64,000 bases of DNA from the human T2T-CHM13v2.0 reference genome, Homo sapiens, in assembly GCF_009914755.1 (NCBI RefSeq), contig NC_060940.1; one strand, 5' to 3'. The position numbers were made by a program, and so were the translations under genes. Below, in pieces: positions 26,200-38,999 of the stretch. Within the stretch, counting starts at the first letter, position 1; each line of letters starts with the position of its first letter. The notes under the pieces are model-generated. The model ran no database searches. It was not told where the DNA came from and worked only from the letters and a program-made list of their open reading frames with translations.

Positions 26200-26648
26200 G
26201 AATAAGAACATAGAAGAAATAAGGCCTGGTGTTGAATAGCACAATTGGGTGACTATAGTTAACAGCAGTATATTGTATATTACAAAATAGTTAAGCAGGG
26301 CATGGTGGCTCACGCCTGTGATCCCAGCTCTCAGGGAGGCAGAGGCGGGAGGATAGCTTAGGCCCAGGAGTTTGAGACCTGCCTGCGCAATATAGCGAGA
26401 CCCCACTCTCCACAAAAAGGTAGAAAAAAAAGCCAAAAAAAAAATCAGCATAACAAAATAGTTAGAAAAGAATATTTGAAATGTTCCCAACACACACAAA
26501 AAAATGATAAATGTTCAAGGTGATGGATACCCTAAATTCTCTGATTTAATTACCACACATTGTATGCATGTGTCAGAATATCACATGTACCCCACAAATA
26601 TGTACAAATATTATGTATCAATAAAAAATTTTAAAAGAAGAAAAAAAG
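26200..26648 (+). mobile_element. L1MA 3' end, interrupted by a BC200 retrocopy
   Basis: GGGTGACTATAGTTAACA...TATTGTATATT...GATAAATGTTCAAGGTGATGGATACCCTAA...CACATGTACCCCACAAATATGTACAA...CAATAAAAAA. Confidence 0.88.
26294..26454 (+). pseudogene. BC200 (BCYRN1) retropseudogene
   Basis: Carries the BC200 diagnostics CCCAGCTCTCAGGGAGGC, GGAGGATAGCTT and GAGACCTGCCTG(C)GCAATATAGCGAGACCCC..TCTCCA.AAAAAGG. The A-rich domain is followed by TCAGCATAAC (compare BC200 TAAGCGTAAC, recalled). TSD ACAAAATAGTTA at 26282-26293 and 26453-26464. Confidence 0.9.
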
Positions 26649-27589
26649 AACAGTGAGTTCTAGGAAACCAATAGAAGGATGGCCAACATCCTTACTCTAA
26701 AGACTGAATTTTTTCTTTACCTAAAAAGACTATATTCTTTTAGGATGGCAGAAAGAAGAGCTTCTGTCACCCTCAGCTCCCCTGGAAAATATTCCAATGT
26801 TGCTGCAATGACAGGATAAGTAAATAATTTCAAGAATATGTGTCCAAATATTAGATTTGAACCACCGTGTTGGCCCAGGCAAGGATGTTAAAAATTAAGT
26901 CCTGGTCAAATCTCTTGTGGCTGGAATCAGAATGAGAAATTGAGTGGGTGTCTTGGTCAAAAATAAAAAAGGGCTAAAGTTCAAAAATTAGAACAAGCCA
27001 TTTACTTTCTGTGTTAAGAAAATCCCTGAGAAATAATCCAGTATTGAACTGGAATGTCTCTGAAATTGAGAGACAAAAAAGTGCTGAGTAGTTCTGTTCT
27101 TTGCTGTGGTTATTCAAAAACAATTTCCAGGTTTTACGGGAGGACCCATGATTTTAAATACCTTTGCCCTTTTCTTTTACCCATGTGACTGCCTGTCAAA
27201 CCTGAGGCATCCCATAAATTCCCATCTACAATGTCCTTTCCCATCAGTAAAAGAAAATGGAATTTAGGGCCAGTTTATAGGGTGACACTGCTGTGGCTGA
27301 CAAATTATCCATGCCAAAAATCTGTTGTGAATGCCAATTGAGTGCCATGTAAATTTTCTAAGAAAGGGGCTGAAAGGGTACTGAGTTTAAGTTGTACAAA
27401 AGTTTTGAGAGAGACAGAGTATTGTGTTTAGGTACACAGTTGGTTTGACTACTTCGTAAGATTTAATGAATAGGTTCGCTAAATTTGGCTTTTAAAAGGC
27501 CAATTCCATCAACTGCTAAATGCACTGGACATAGAAGAACCTGCTTAGTCCTAGGATTATAGAGCTGATAAGTGGATGACACTTAGAGA

Positions 27590-27725
27590 TCATCTATTAA
27601 CACTCACAAGTTTTCCAGATGGCACTGAGGATCTGAAACGGGAAATGACTTGACAAATGCCATATGGGAGGTCATGGCAGAATTGGTGGGGAGTCTCTTG
27701 GTTTCTCACTTTAGTGTTTCTTCCT
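27590..27725 (-). mobile_element. MIR fragment
   Basis: TTTTCCAGATGGCACTGAGG...AAATGACTTGAC...GGCAGAATTGG. Confidence 0.55.
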
Positions 27726-27789
27726 TGATAAGCATATAAGAAACTATACTGCCTCATCAATTTGTGTGCAGGTAAAGATTCTAAAGTCA

Positions 27790-27832
27790 TCATCCATCTA
27801 TTTATCCATCCATCCATCCATCCATCCATCCA
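27790..27832. repeat. (TCCA)n repeat, followed by an antisense L2 fragment to ~28060
   Basis: (CCAT)n run, then CATTTATGAAGCATC...GGGCATTCTGCTGGGTCCTGGG. Confidence 0.8.
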
Positions 27833-28094
27833 AAATAACATTTATGAAGCATCTTTTCTCTTCTGGGCATTCTGCTGGGTCCTGGGTACAAGAAAGAAAG
27901 ATGCCATCCATGTCTTCAAGATGCAGATCACATAGTATAGTGCAGTAAGTGTCCTGCTGAAGTTTTGCACAGGTTCCTATGGGAACATGACTGAGAGAAG
28001 CTGAAAACAAATGAGAGAATCAAAGACAGCTATACGGAAAACCTGACACCTTTGCTAAGTCTTGGAGAACAAGAAGTAGCAGTCCCCTAATTTC

Positions 28095-29130
28095 GTTCTT
28101 CTTTTTTAGAATTGACTATTTGACTTCCTTGCCTTTCCATATACATTTTAGAGTCAGCTTACCGATATCTACAAAAAGCATAAATACTCCATTTTCCTGT
28201 GAGGTACATAGCAATGTTCACTGTTTCATTCTTGGTTTTAGTAATTTGAGTCTTCTCTGATTTTTCTTGGTCAGTCTAGTTAAGGTTTGTCAGTTTTGTT
28301 GATATTTTCAAAGACCTGACACTTGATTCATTGATTTTCTCTATTGTTTTTCTAGTCTTTATTTCCACTTTAATCTTTATTATTTCCTCTCTTCTCCTTG
28401 CTTTGGGTTTAATTTGCTTTTCTTTTTCTAGTTTCTAAAGATGGAAGTTTAGGTTGCTGATTTTAGATCTTTCTTCTTTTTAAAGGCATTGACAACTACA
28501 AATTTCCCTCTAAGCACTGTTTTACCTGCATCCTATAAATTTTGGTATGTTGTGTTTTCATTTTCATTCATCTCAAAGTGTTTTCAGATTTCTCCAGTGC
28601 TTTGTTTATTTGATCCATTGTTTAGGTAGGAGAAGGTCATTTAATTTCCACATATTTATTAACTTTTCAAATATATTTTTGTTATTAATTTCTAACATCA
28701 TTTCATCATGGTCAAATAACATACTTTGTATAATTTCAACCTTTTAAAGTGTATTGAGACTTGTTTTATGACCTAACATACAGTCTATCTTGGAGAAAGT
28801 TCGTTCCACATGCACTTGAGAAGAATGTGTAATTCTGTTGCTTTGGGTGGAGTATTCTACAGATGTCTGTTAGGTCTAGCAGTTTATAGTACTGTTCAAG
28901 TCCTCTATTCCTTGTTGATCTTCTATCTAATTGTTCTGTCCACTGTATACAATGAAGTATTTAAGCTCTCATAATTATTGTTGGGTTGTCTATTTTTACT
29001 TCAATTCTGTCAGTTACTGCTTCATAAAGTTTGAGGCTCTGTTATTAGGTGCCTATATGTTTATAGCTGTTATGTCTCCTCGTTGGATTTGACTTTTTTT
29101 ATTGTTTTAAAATGTTCTTTGTGCCTAGAT
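28095..29130 (-). mobile_element. Old L1M (L1MC/MD-like) ORF2 fragments, antisense
   Basis: T-rich L1 antisense text, e.g. TTTTCTTGGTCAGTCTAG, AAATTTCCCTCTAAGCACTG, TATTGAGACTTGTTTTATGACCTAACATA and CACTTGAGAAGAATGTGTA. Confidence 0.88.
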
Positions 29131-30589
29131 ACTGCATTTTTTGAATCTGTGCATGATGTTGTCATTGGAAATTTTATCCTAATGCCCAAGTACTGTTCAC
29201 TAACCTCATCATTAACAACTTACTATATTGTTTTTTGAACCAATCATTTAAAGGCGTGTACACAACAGCATTTAAAGCTTGCCCTTGTGAATTCATACCC
29301 CCAGGAAGAATGACTAAATCTGTTTTAAGTGTCTTTGTCCTCTTTCTTTACTGATTGTGTCAGGTGACCTTTCTTAGCCTTCCAAACCAGCTGGCTGAAG
29401 TTATTTTAGGCTAACTTGTTTTCCTGAAATAGTACTGTTTGTTCAAAATAAAGTATTTGAGAAAGTCTTTTACAACATGAAAGACCTCAAGCAGATTCAA
29501 ATATAACCCATCTCCCTCTCATTCAATAATTAATTTTAGGAAAAAAAGCTTGCCTAATATTCAAGTGTGTGCAGTCTCCAGCTGTATTTGCTGTTTGTTT
29601 TTATTCTGCTTCACATAGAGGTTCAGCTGATCACACACCATGCTGTATCTACTCCTTCTCCTCTGGTTTTCTGGTGCTTTGAAAGTCACCTCCGACCCCT
29701 GAGGCACTGGAGCTTCCCAGTGCAAAGTCCTGGTGAGTAGCATGTGGGTTCCAGTGAGACATGCAGTTGATGTCTAAGCCTCAGGAGGATGTCAGCTGGG
29801 CCTCCTGATCAACACTCCATCCAAACCTTGTCAGATAACTAACAGGCTTGGTCAGTTAAGCAGGAGGCTTGCAAACCAACAGAAGCATAGCCCTGTGTTC
29901 CATAAAGATTAATTACCTTCAGGACACCAAAGAGGTGTGGGTCATTCAAGGACAGAATCACCATTCTTGGCCCCATTGCTCCTTGGCTCTGGGCCACTGG
30001 GTCTGAACCCTTTGAAAGGCATTTTCAGAGCCATGTGTTTAGGAGAAAAGCCCATCTGTACACTCAAACTCTCTCTCACACACACACACACACTCACACT
30101 CACATAGTGGTTGGTGTTCTTCATGGAGTCCTAGAATCTCAAGGCTGGCAGGGCCAAGACATTCTCTCAGTACATAACCAATGGCTCCTTCTGTTTCATT
30201 CACATGGAAATGTGGCTAGGGCCAAAGATACAGGCTTATTTTTCAATGTGTGTATCCAAACGTGACTGAGAAATGCACATTTTGAAAAACCAGACCATCT
30301 GGCTTTAAAATACATATTGAAAGTAAGAGTGCCAGTGAGGTTGTCAAGTACACACTGTGTTCAGGACTTCTGATTTACCGACTCCTGCTTGTCCTGATTC
30401 TGCATCTCTCCTGCTTTCAATCATCATTCTCCCTCTTTAGAAGAGCAACAGGCAGAAATGAACATGTTTTGCCTGAATTAAAATAACAAAACCAAAACCG
30501 AAAACTAGACTCAAAGAGACTTCGTACCTGTGAATTAGAGCCTGGGAGTTAAAAGAGGAGGTAAGTTTGGCTTGTGTATCCCCAAGAGA

Positions 30590-30735
30590 TAAAACTCAGG
30601 CTAATGGAAATCACTTAAATTTAGACCTGTGTTGGAACTTTCTATCGGCAAAAGTGTCTGATGAAATAATGGATTGCTTTGGGAAGTAGTAAGCTGCATG
30701 TCCCTGGAAACACTGAAATATGACCTCGATGATCA
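30590..30735 (+). mobile_element. CR1/L3-like ancient LINE fragment
   Basis: GGATTGCTTTGGGAAGTAGTAAGCTGCATGTCCCTGGAAACACTGAAATA resembles the L3/CR1 3' region. Confidence 0.45.
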
Positions 30736-30965
30736 TTCATTAATTCATTATTTAGAAAATATATCTATCTGGAGCCCTACTGTTCTAGACTTTGTTACAG
30801 GAGCTGGGGAAATAGCTGTGAACAAGATAGGCATGGGCCCCATTCTCGTGGAGTTTCCATTTTAGTGGGGTTGAGAATGCAGATGATAAACAAGGAAACC
30901 AAAATATTTCTAAATCATAGATTGTGATAAACGCTAAGGACATAGACAGGCTGCTCTGGTAGGGG
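30735..30965 (-). mobile_element. L2 fragment
   Basis: ATTCATTAATTCATTATTTAG...AGCTGTGAACAAGATAGGCATGGGCCCCATTCTCGTGGAG. Confidence 0.7.
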
Positions 30966-32453
30966 ATAAAAGGCAGCCCAGCTTCTTCCATTTCCAGGAT
31001 GGTTTAGATGGGAATCGAGCATCCCCTTGGATGTTTGTTTCCCAACGATTCTGAGAAAGTGATTCTATGACTTAGTGTGGGAACTTCTTAATGACATTGA
31101 TGCCCAGGAATTCAAGATAACCAGGAAATTTGGGATTTAGTTACTTGGAAGGTTGATGAAGTGCAATAGTCAACTCTCGACACAAAGGAGCCAACTCCTG
31201 GAAAACAGCAGGATTCTTGTTTACTTTTAGTTTTCAGTCCAGGTTGGACTTCACTGTTTTTGGCCAAAGGTCATCATATTGGTTTTTAGCAGAAAGAGTC
31301 AGATTAAAAGAACTGGCCTGATATCTGGATTTCCTCTAAAAATCACCTTCCAAGAATTGGCCTGGATGCAGGCCTTTTTGGTTCCACCATCTACACCTGG
31401 TATTGGAGGGGCGGAGTTGAGGACACTGTTCATCCTACACTAATGTTTGCTTAGTCTAAAGTTTCTGTTTTTGTTTTCTTTGGGTTAGCATTTAAAATGA
31501 GGATTTTTTAAAAAGCCATATTTCTGGTATTCCTTGGAAAAGCTGAAGCTCTTTCCATAAATGTCCACAGAATGTGGTAACGTCACCTGCAGACATACAG
31601 TCACAGCCTCCTTTAGATAGGGTCATAGGCGCTCCAGTTCACCATAGTGTCTCTGCAGCCAAATTCATTCATTTCTGTGACCTGCTTGGCCACGGAAAGT
31701 GTTTGAGTTTTTGACTACTATTCTGTGAATTTCAAGGCCTGAAAACTGGGAATGTTGCTTAATGATCAGTCCTTTCTGACTCAGTCATCTTGTCAACTTA
31801 AAAAGAAAGGGTGCTGTCAAAACTTAAATTTTCAGAGCTGAAAATGCTGTTAAGGAACCACTTTCCATCCCAAGTCCAAATCTATGTTGTATTCATGGAG
31901 AAACTGAAGCCCAAAAAGAAGACACTTAGCCATGGGTACAAATGGAGTTGGTGACATCACTGTCACTCATCAGGGAGTTGTCCATACACAGAAATCCCAT
32001 AGTAACCATTACACTGAATTGAATCTAAAGCAACTTAAGAACAGATTTCCATACCTTGCAGGATTTTTTTTCTTAAATGCATTGGAAATAAAGAAAGAAG
32101 AAGAAGGAAATTCTGTGTTTATTGTCAGTCCCCTCTGAATTTTTATTAGCAACCTGAAAAAAATCTTACAGATAAAAATGTCTGAATGTTTGACCCTAAT
32201 CATTATTTTATCAATCTGCACTTATCACTTAATCTGAAAGCCCAAGAACCATCTTAATCCCTTCTTCAGAGGTCTCAGGGGTGCTGAAGATGATAAGGAC
32301 ATTAAACTCTCTTTAGGTGTTGCCAGGTGCTGGAAAGGAAGAGACTCTCAATACCAAAATGTAAATGTCCTTTGCATACAGAGGGTCCCCTAGACTTGGG
32401 CTGTCATCCTTCATCTTTCCAGGTTGGCAACTAAGATCAAGAAGATGGCTTTC

Positions 32454-32829
<376 letters not shown>

Positions 32830-32889
32830 TCAAGGAGGCTGGGTAATGCTGAGTCCCATTAATAATAATAACGACAATAATTTTTAAAA

Positions 32890-33135
32890 AGCAGCTACAT
32901 TTGTTGAGCCTTTACCAAGTGTCAAGAACTATTCTCAGTGAGCTCCATTTATTATGCCATTTAGTTCTTCCAAAAACCCTGTGAAATAGGTACTATTATT
33001 ATTATTTCCACTTGACAGATGAGGAAACTGAGGCATTGAGAGGCTAATGGACTTGTCCAGGGCCTCACAACTAGACATGTTAAAGCTGGGATGTGGCTCC
33101 TGTCTCTGTAGCCCAAGTGTTTCCCCACTCCTACT
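32890..33135 (-). mobile_element. MIR
   Basis: CCCTGTGAAATAGGTACTATTATT...GACAGATGAGGAAACTGAGGCA...GACTTGTCCAGGG. Confidence 0.85.
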
Positions 33136-33244
33136 ATTATTTCAAGACAATTCTAGAGGCAAAATGCACATTTCTAATCTATTTCTCAACATATTATTTG
33201 GAAAAGATGAAGCCTCTTAACTCCTCACTTTCTAGATTTATGTA

Positions 33245-33435
33245 GCTCAATGTGCTAGCCACTAGCCACATGTGGCTGAATTTAAAATAATTAAAATTTT
33301 GTAAAATTAGCAATCTAGTACTCAATCACATGAATCACATTTCATGAGTTCAAAAGCCACATATAACTAGTGTCTACCTTATTGGACACTGAAGATATGG
33401 AACATTTCCATCATCGCTAGAAGTTCTATTGGAAA
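33245..33435. mobile_element. MER3/MER33 (hAT-Charlie)
   Basis: GCTAGCCACTAGCCACATGTGGCT...CTACCTTATTGGACAC...GAACATTTCCATCATCGCTAGAAGTTCTATTGGA. Confidence 0.8.
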
Positions 33436-34029
33436 ACATAGTTACAGATAAAAAAAATCAGGACTCAGGCAAAGGGACTTGTCCAAAGACATGCAGAGAG
33501 GTCCAGGATTTGAAAAGTGCATAGCTCAGATGCCACGTTTTAGTCCTTTCCTTGGTCTTTTTTGCCTGCCTCCTGCTCATCTCTTTTTTGTCTCTGCAAT
33601 TAGATTTTAAGTTTGTGAAGGACAGGTAGCATATTCTTCATTTCATTTGTGAACCACACTCCAGCTGCCCAAACCTACCCCCTTCCAGGGCAGAGCACAC
33701 AGTAGGGCTTTCATCAACCCTCTTGCCTTGCCTTTCCCACTCCTCACTTTTAAAAAGGCAGTGGGAGATCTGGCAAGTATCAAGCCTCAGGTTTTAAGTA
33801 AAACATGTTATTATAATTTATTTTTTTTTGAGCTGGCATAGTTAATTGCATAAGGCAGAGAGATGGTTTTTATTTGAAGGCCTCTGAGGACTAATATGTT
33901 TGGTGACGGGAGTGGGGGAGGGGAGACCTGTACTGTTTACCTTTCTTGAGGTAAGATTGAGGGTAGCATTCGTGGAGAGCTGGGCCTTGAGGACCTGAGT
34001 GCTTGCTTGGTCTTGTAAGAACCTTAACC

Positions 34030-34390
34030 AGAGGCATAGTTAAGTGTATGAACCCTGGAGACCCAAAGGCCTGGGCTGCTGCTGCAGCTTTAGCAGGTAA
34101 CAGCTGTAAGCCTGGACAATTTATGCAAACTTCTGAGCTTGCATTTTATCATTTATAAAGTGTGATTTGATCGTATAGTGTTGGGAAGCACCTTTGCAAT
34201 AACCCATGTAAAATACCTGGTAGCCACAACTATTTTCATCACCTCATTTATTCATTACTTATTTATTATTGTCATTTTCACTAGACTGAAAGCTCTTCAA
34301 GCACAGAGCCTATGTCCATCTTTTTCACTGTTGTACCTCAGGGTGCAATTCCCAGACCCATGGTAGATAATAAATATGTGTTGAAGCAAA
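34030..34390 (+). mobile_element. MIR fragment followed by an L2 3' fragment
   Basis: GCATAGTTAAGTGTATGAACCCTGGAG...; CTAGACTGAAAGCTCTTCAAG...ATAAATATGTGTTGAA. Confidence 0.6.
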
Positions 34391-35339
34391 GAAGGGGCAT
34401 CATAGTCTCAAAAAAGAAGTCTGTGTTGTAAAGAAACTTAAAGCATTATAGTTTGATTTCCTGTTGGATGCATAAATTTTCATTCCAAACACCTTTGTCA
34501 GATAGTTGTTTGGGCACTGCTTTAACACTTCCAGTGACTGTGATCTCACTACCTTATAAGCCCTTTTCATCTTGGACCTCTCCATTGGGCTTAAGGGCAA
34601 TCCCTCATGCCTGGCTGAGACAAGAACGGGAAGTGTCAATGCTTCTTAGATGCGCCCTGCTATGTTGATCAGTCACCCAAATCTCTTAGCCTTTGTAGAA
34701 ACAGGGCTGCAACAAAATGAGTCTCTAGCCAGTCTGTGGAGTTTCATGGATATCATTGGGGGTGGGGAGAGAAGTAAAAAAAATGAACCTAGAGAATCTG
34801 GCTATAAAACACATTACCTGCATTTATGGTTCTCGTGCCCCAAGGCCTGGGATAAAGTGAAGAAGGAAAAACATTCCACTCTGGCTCTCAGTGACCCCTA
34901 AAAGAAACCCCCCATGGAGTCATTTAGGATAGTAATTTGAGTATAAACTCAAGCATACGTTTCTAGCCTTCCCTCCATAAACTCAGGAGTCTCATGATGA
35001 TCGGCAACAAATTGCTTGAAAATGTGCCCCAGACCCTTCCAGATGAGGGCTGGGCTCAAAGAAATAAAAAGTTAAGGGCATGTTGCTATGGCATTAACGT
35101 TAAGGGAATAGACACGAACCTCAAACTGTGCACAGAAAATATATTCTCTCCGTATGCCCTCCCCATGAAAAACCAAGCCAGCGAAGTCATTAAAATGTCA
35201 GACAAAGAGCCAGGTGGGAAAAATGCATGTTTAAAAGTAAACATGTAGCCTGTGATAATTGTGTCCCCTGAAAAGCTAAAGATGAGGGAAAGAAAGAAAA
35301 AAAGCTTGAAATAAAGAGAAAGGCAGGAAGAATGTGGAG

Positions 35340-35790
35340 CTGCATAGCTCCTTCCCCCTTTACTCTTCATAATCTTAAGAAATGGCATCATCATCCACTC
35401 AGTTGCTTGAGCAAAGCACATAAAAGCCAGCATTGCTCCTTTTTTTTTGTCATTAGCTCCCTGCATTGAATCAACCAGCAGGTCTTAAGTCCAGACTTAG
35501 CTCCAAAACATTAGATTGAAACATATGAAGTTGACAAATTTATACCTTCTTTGACATGCAAAAAATGTCAATTCCATATGGTTCAACCTAATTAAATCTC
35601 AAATCAGCTCTTTTTTCAGTCTCCACTGTCAACATCCTGGTTCAAGCCACCATTAATACTTGCTTGATCTATGTGGTAGTCTCCTAATATGCCTCCCTGT
35701 TCTCACTTTTGACCTCTTTCAGCCCTGTATTCTTACCTTAGAAGGTAAAGTAGATTTTGTCCATCTCCTGCTTAAAATATTTCATGTTCA
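35340..35790 (+). mobile_element. L2 fragment interrupted by MADE2
   Basis: AAATGGCATCATCATCCACTCAGTTGCTTGAGC...CCTGGTTCAAGCCACCAT...CTCCTGCTTAAAA. Confidence 0.7.
35510..35593. mobile_element. MADE2 mariner-derived MITE
   Basis: ATTAGATTGAAACATATGAAGTTGAC...GTCAATTCCATATGGTTCAACCTAAT, with inverted termini. Confidence 0.8.
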
Positions 35791-35794
35791 ATCT

Positions 35795-36472
35795 GATAAA
35801 AGACCTATATACTGAAAACTACAAAGCATAGCTGAAAGAAATTAATGATTTAAAGAATTGGAGAAATTGTGACTGTAATCCCAAGTACTTGGGAGGCTGA
35901 GCCCGGAGAATCACTTGAGCCTGGAAGGTCAAGTCTTCAGTGAGCCACGATTGCAGTACTGCACTCCAGCCTAGGCAACAGAGCATGATCCTATCTCATA
36001 AAAAAAAATTGAAAAAAGCAAGCAAGAAAAAAAGAAATGGAGAAATATACCACATTCATGAGTTGAAAGTCTAAATATTCTTTTCTTCAAGTTGATCTAT
36101 ATATCTATAAATATAGATTTAATACAATCCAATAAAAACTCCAGCAACCCTTTGTTTTGCAGAACTGACAAGTTGATTTTAAAATTTATATGGAAATGCA
36201 AAGGGCCTAGAAAAGCCAAAACAACTTTGCAAAAGAAGTGGAGAATTAACACTACTTGACTTCAAGCCTTCTTAGAAAGCTACAGTAATCAAGAGAGCAT
36301 AATATTGATGTGAAGGTAGATAAATAGCTGAAGGGAATAGAATACAGAGCCCAGAAATAGACCCATAAATAAAAGAACAACTAAAAGAAGGATGTAAAGG
36401 CAATTCAGTGAAGAAAGTATAGTTTTATTAACAAATGGTGGTGAAACAACTGGACAGTTATATGCAAAAAAC
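35795..36472 (+). mobile_element. Old L1M ORF2 3'-part fragment
   Basis: AAGACCTATATACTGAAAACTACAAAGCAT...AAATTTATATGGAAATGCAAAGGGCCTAGAAAAGCCAAAACAACTTTG...CCCAGAAATAGACCCA. Confidence 0.85.
35872..36030 (+). mobile_element. Alu right monomer (AluJ/FRAM) inserted in L1
   Basis: CTGTAATCCCAAGTACTTGGGAGGCTGAG...GCACTCCAGCCTAGGCAACAGAGC; TSD AAAGAA(T/A)TGGAGAAAT. Confidence 0.85.
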
Positions 36473-37676
36473 AGAGAAAATATTATTAAAATGAAGGAAA
36501 TTATAAAAGAGAGTCAAATAAAAATTTGAAGCTGAAAAATAGAATAACTAAATTAAAAAAATTACTAGATGGCTTAACAGCAGGTTTGAGCAGGCCGAAG
36601 AAAGAATCAGTGAACTTGAAGATAGGACATTTGAAATTACTGAGTCTCAGAAGCAGAAAGAAATAATGAAGATAGGTGAACAGAGCCTAAGAGACTTATG
36701 GAGCATCATCAAGGCACATCAACATAGGCATTATGGGAGTCCTAAAAGTAGAAGAGAGAGAGGAAGGAACAAAGAGAGCTTATTTGAAAAAAATAATGGC
36801 TGAACATTTTCCAAATTTGAGGAAATAAACGGACATAAAAAGTCAAAGTCTCAATGAACCCCAAGTAAAATAAACTCAAAGAGGTCCACACCTAGACACA
36901 TAAGCAAACTGTTAAAAGACAAAAACAAAGAGAAATTCTTGAAACAGCAAGAAAAAATTGATTTTCCATGTACAAGGGATTCTTAATAAAATTATTAACC
37001 AATTTCTCAGCAGAAAACTTGGAGGCCAGAAGGCAGTGGAATGATACACCTAAAGTACTGAAGAAAGATAAAAACCTCTAAACCAAGAATTGAACATCAA
37101 AATGGCAAAAATGTCCTTCAAAAATGAGAGTAAAATTAAGACATTACCAGATTAAAAAAAAGGCTGACAGAAGTTATTACCAGTAGGTCTGCCCTACATG
37201 AAATGCTAATGGGAGTCCTTCAGGTTGAAATGAAAAAATTCTAGATAGTAACTAAAAGCCATATGAAAATAGAAAGATTTCTAGTAAGGGTAAATATATG
37301 GGCAAACAAAAATGCAACTATTATTGTTCTTTTGGTTCATAATTCCACTTTTAATTTTTTATGGGATTTAAAAGACATACATAAAATAATTATAAATCTA
37401 TGTTAATAAGCATACAATATATAAAGATGCAATTTGTGACATCAATAACAGAAAGTAAAGCAGCGACAGAACTGTAGAGTTTTTGTATGTGATTGAAGCC
37501 AAGCTGGTGTCAACTCAAACTAGATTGTTATAACTTTAGGATGTTAAGGATAATCTCCATGATAACCACAAAGAAAATATCTATGGAATATACATAAAAA
37601 GAAATAAGAAGGGAATCAAAATGTGTTACTACAAAAAGTCAATTAACCACAAAGAAGACTCTAAAGAATGAAATGA

Positions 37677-37858
37677 GCTTCATCAACTGACTCCCACCCT
37701 ACACCTTGGCTCTCAGTTCCCAGTGGCTCATGCTGTATTTGGAGCTCAGCCCAATCTGTCTCTTCAACTTCAAGACTCTATTGAAGTGGTCCCTATATCT
37801 ATGGTCCTGAATAAAGTCTTCCTCACTATGAAAAAAAAGAAAAGAAAAAAGAAGAAAA
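37677..37858 (+). mobile_element. ERV1 LTR 3' fragment (MER31/MER34-like) with an A-tail; probable L1-mediated retrocopy
   Basis: GCTGTATTTGGAGCTCAGCCCAATCTGTCTC...GTCCTGAATAAAGTCTTCCTCAC. The A-rich tail starts 15 nt after AATAAA, and GAAATGA flanks both sides. Confidence 0.7.
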
Positions 37859-37948
37859 GAAATGAAAGACAAATGGCTATAAGACATGGAGAAAGCAAGT
37901 AACAAAGTGGCATAAAGTAAGCCCTTTCTTATTAGGAATTACTTTATC

Positions 37949-38112
37949 TTTTTTTTTTTTCTTTTTGAAAAAAGACAAGGTTTCACCATGTTGCTCAGAC
38001 TGGTCTCAAACTCCAGAGCTCAAACAATCTGCCTACCTTGGCCTTCCAAACCTGTTGGCCTCCCAAACCTATAAACCTGTTGGGATTACAGGTGTGAGCC
38101 ACCACACCCAGT
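37949..38112 (-). mobile_element. Alu left monomer (FLAM-C-like) inside L1
   Basis: Poly-T, then GGTTTCACCATGTTGCTCAGACTGGTCTCAAACTCC...GTGAGCCACCACACCCAG; TSD AATTACTTTA. Confidence 0.85.
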
Positions 38113-38942
38113 CTCAGTAATTACTTTAAATGTGAATGGATTAAACTCATAAATCAAAGGCATGGATTGGAACAATGGAGTTAAAACAAGATCCAATTAT
38201 ATGCTGCCTACAAGAGACTCACTTTTGATCACAAATAGATTGAAAGTGAAAGGATGGAAAAAGATATTTCATGTCAATAGCAACCAAAAATGAACTGAGG
38301 TGGTTATACTAATATCAGACAAAGTAGAAAAAGAATCAATGAAACCAAATTAGTTCTTTGAAAAAAAAACCAACACAATTGACAAGCTTTTTGCTAGATT
38401 GACTAAGGAGAAAAGAGAAAACTTAAGTTACTAAAATCAAAAATGAAAATAGACATATTACTATTGATTTTATAAAAATTAAAAATACTATAATTGCATG
38501 CCAACAAATTGGTTAACCTAGATAAAATGAACAAATTCCAAATTCCTACAAAAACACAACCTACCAAGACTGAATCAAGAATAAATGGAAAATCTGAATC
38601 GACCTACAACTAATGAAGAGATTGAATTAAGAATAAAAAACCTCCCCAAAAGAAAAGCCCTGACTTTGCAAATGGCTTCAACTGGTGAATGCAAATGACT
38701 TCAACTGCTGGATTCTATCAAACATGTAAAGATGAATTAATACCATTCCTTCTCAAATTCTCCCAAAAATTTGAAGAGAAAGGAGACCCCCTAGCTCATT
38801 CAATGAAGCCATCATTACACAGATAAAAATGAGGCCAGACCGAAAAAATTATAAGAAAACTACAGATCAATATCCTTTATGACCACTGATGCAAAAATAT
38901 TCAACCAAAAACTAGCAAACACAATTCAACAGCATATTGAAA

Positions 38943-38944
<2 letters not shown>

Positions 38945-38995
<51 letters not shown>
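38945..38995. repeat. (TA)~25 microsatellite
   Basis: Read directly; lies within L1 ORF2. Confidence 0.97.

Positions 38996-38999
<4 letters not shown>

Noticed and set aside
26294-26454. Possibility that this is the functional BCYRN1 gene
   Set aside because: It lacks most of the unique 3' domain and the C-rich end with the Pol III terminator. It is diverged, has a TSD and sits inside an L1MA.
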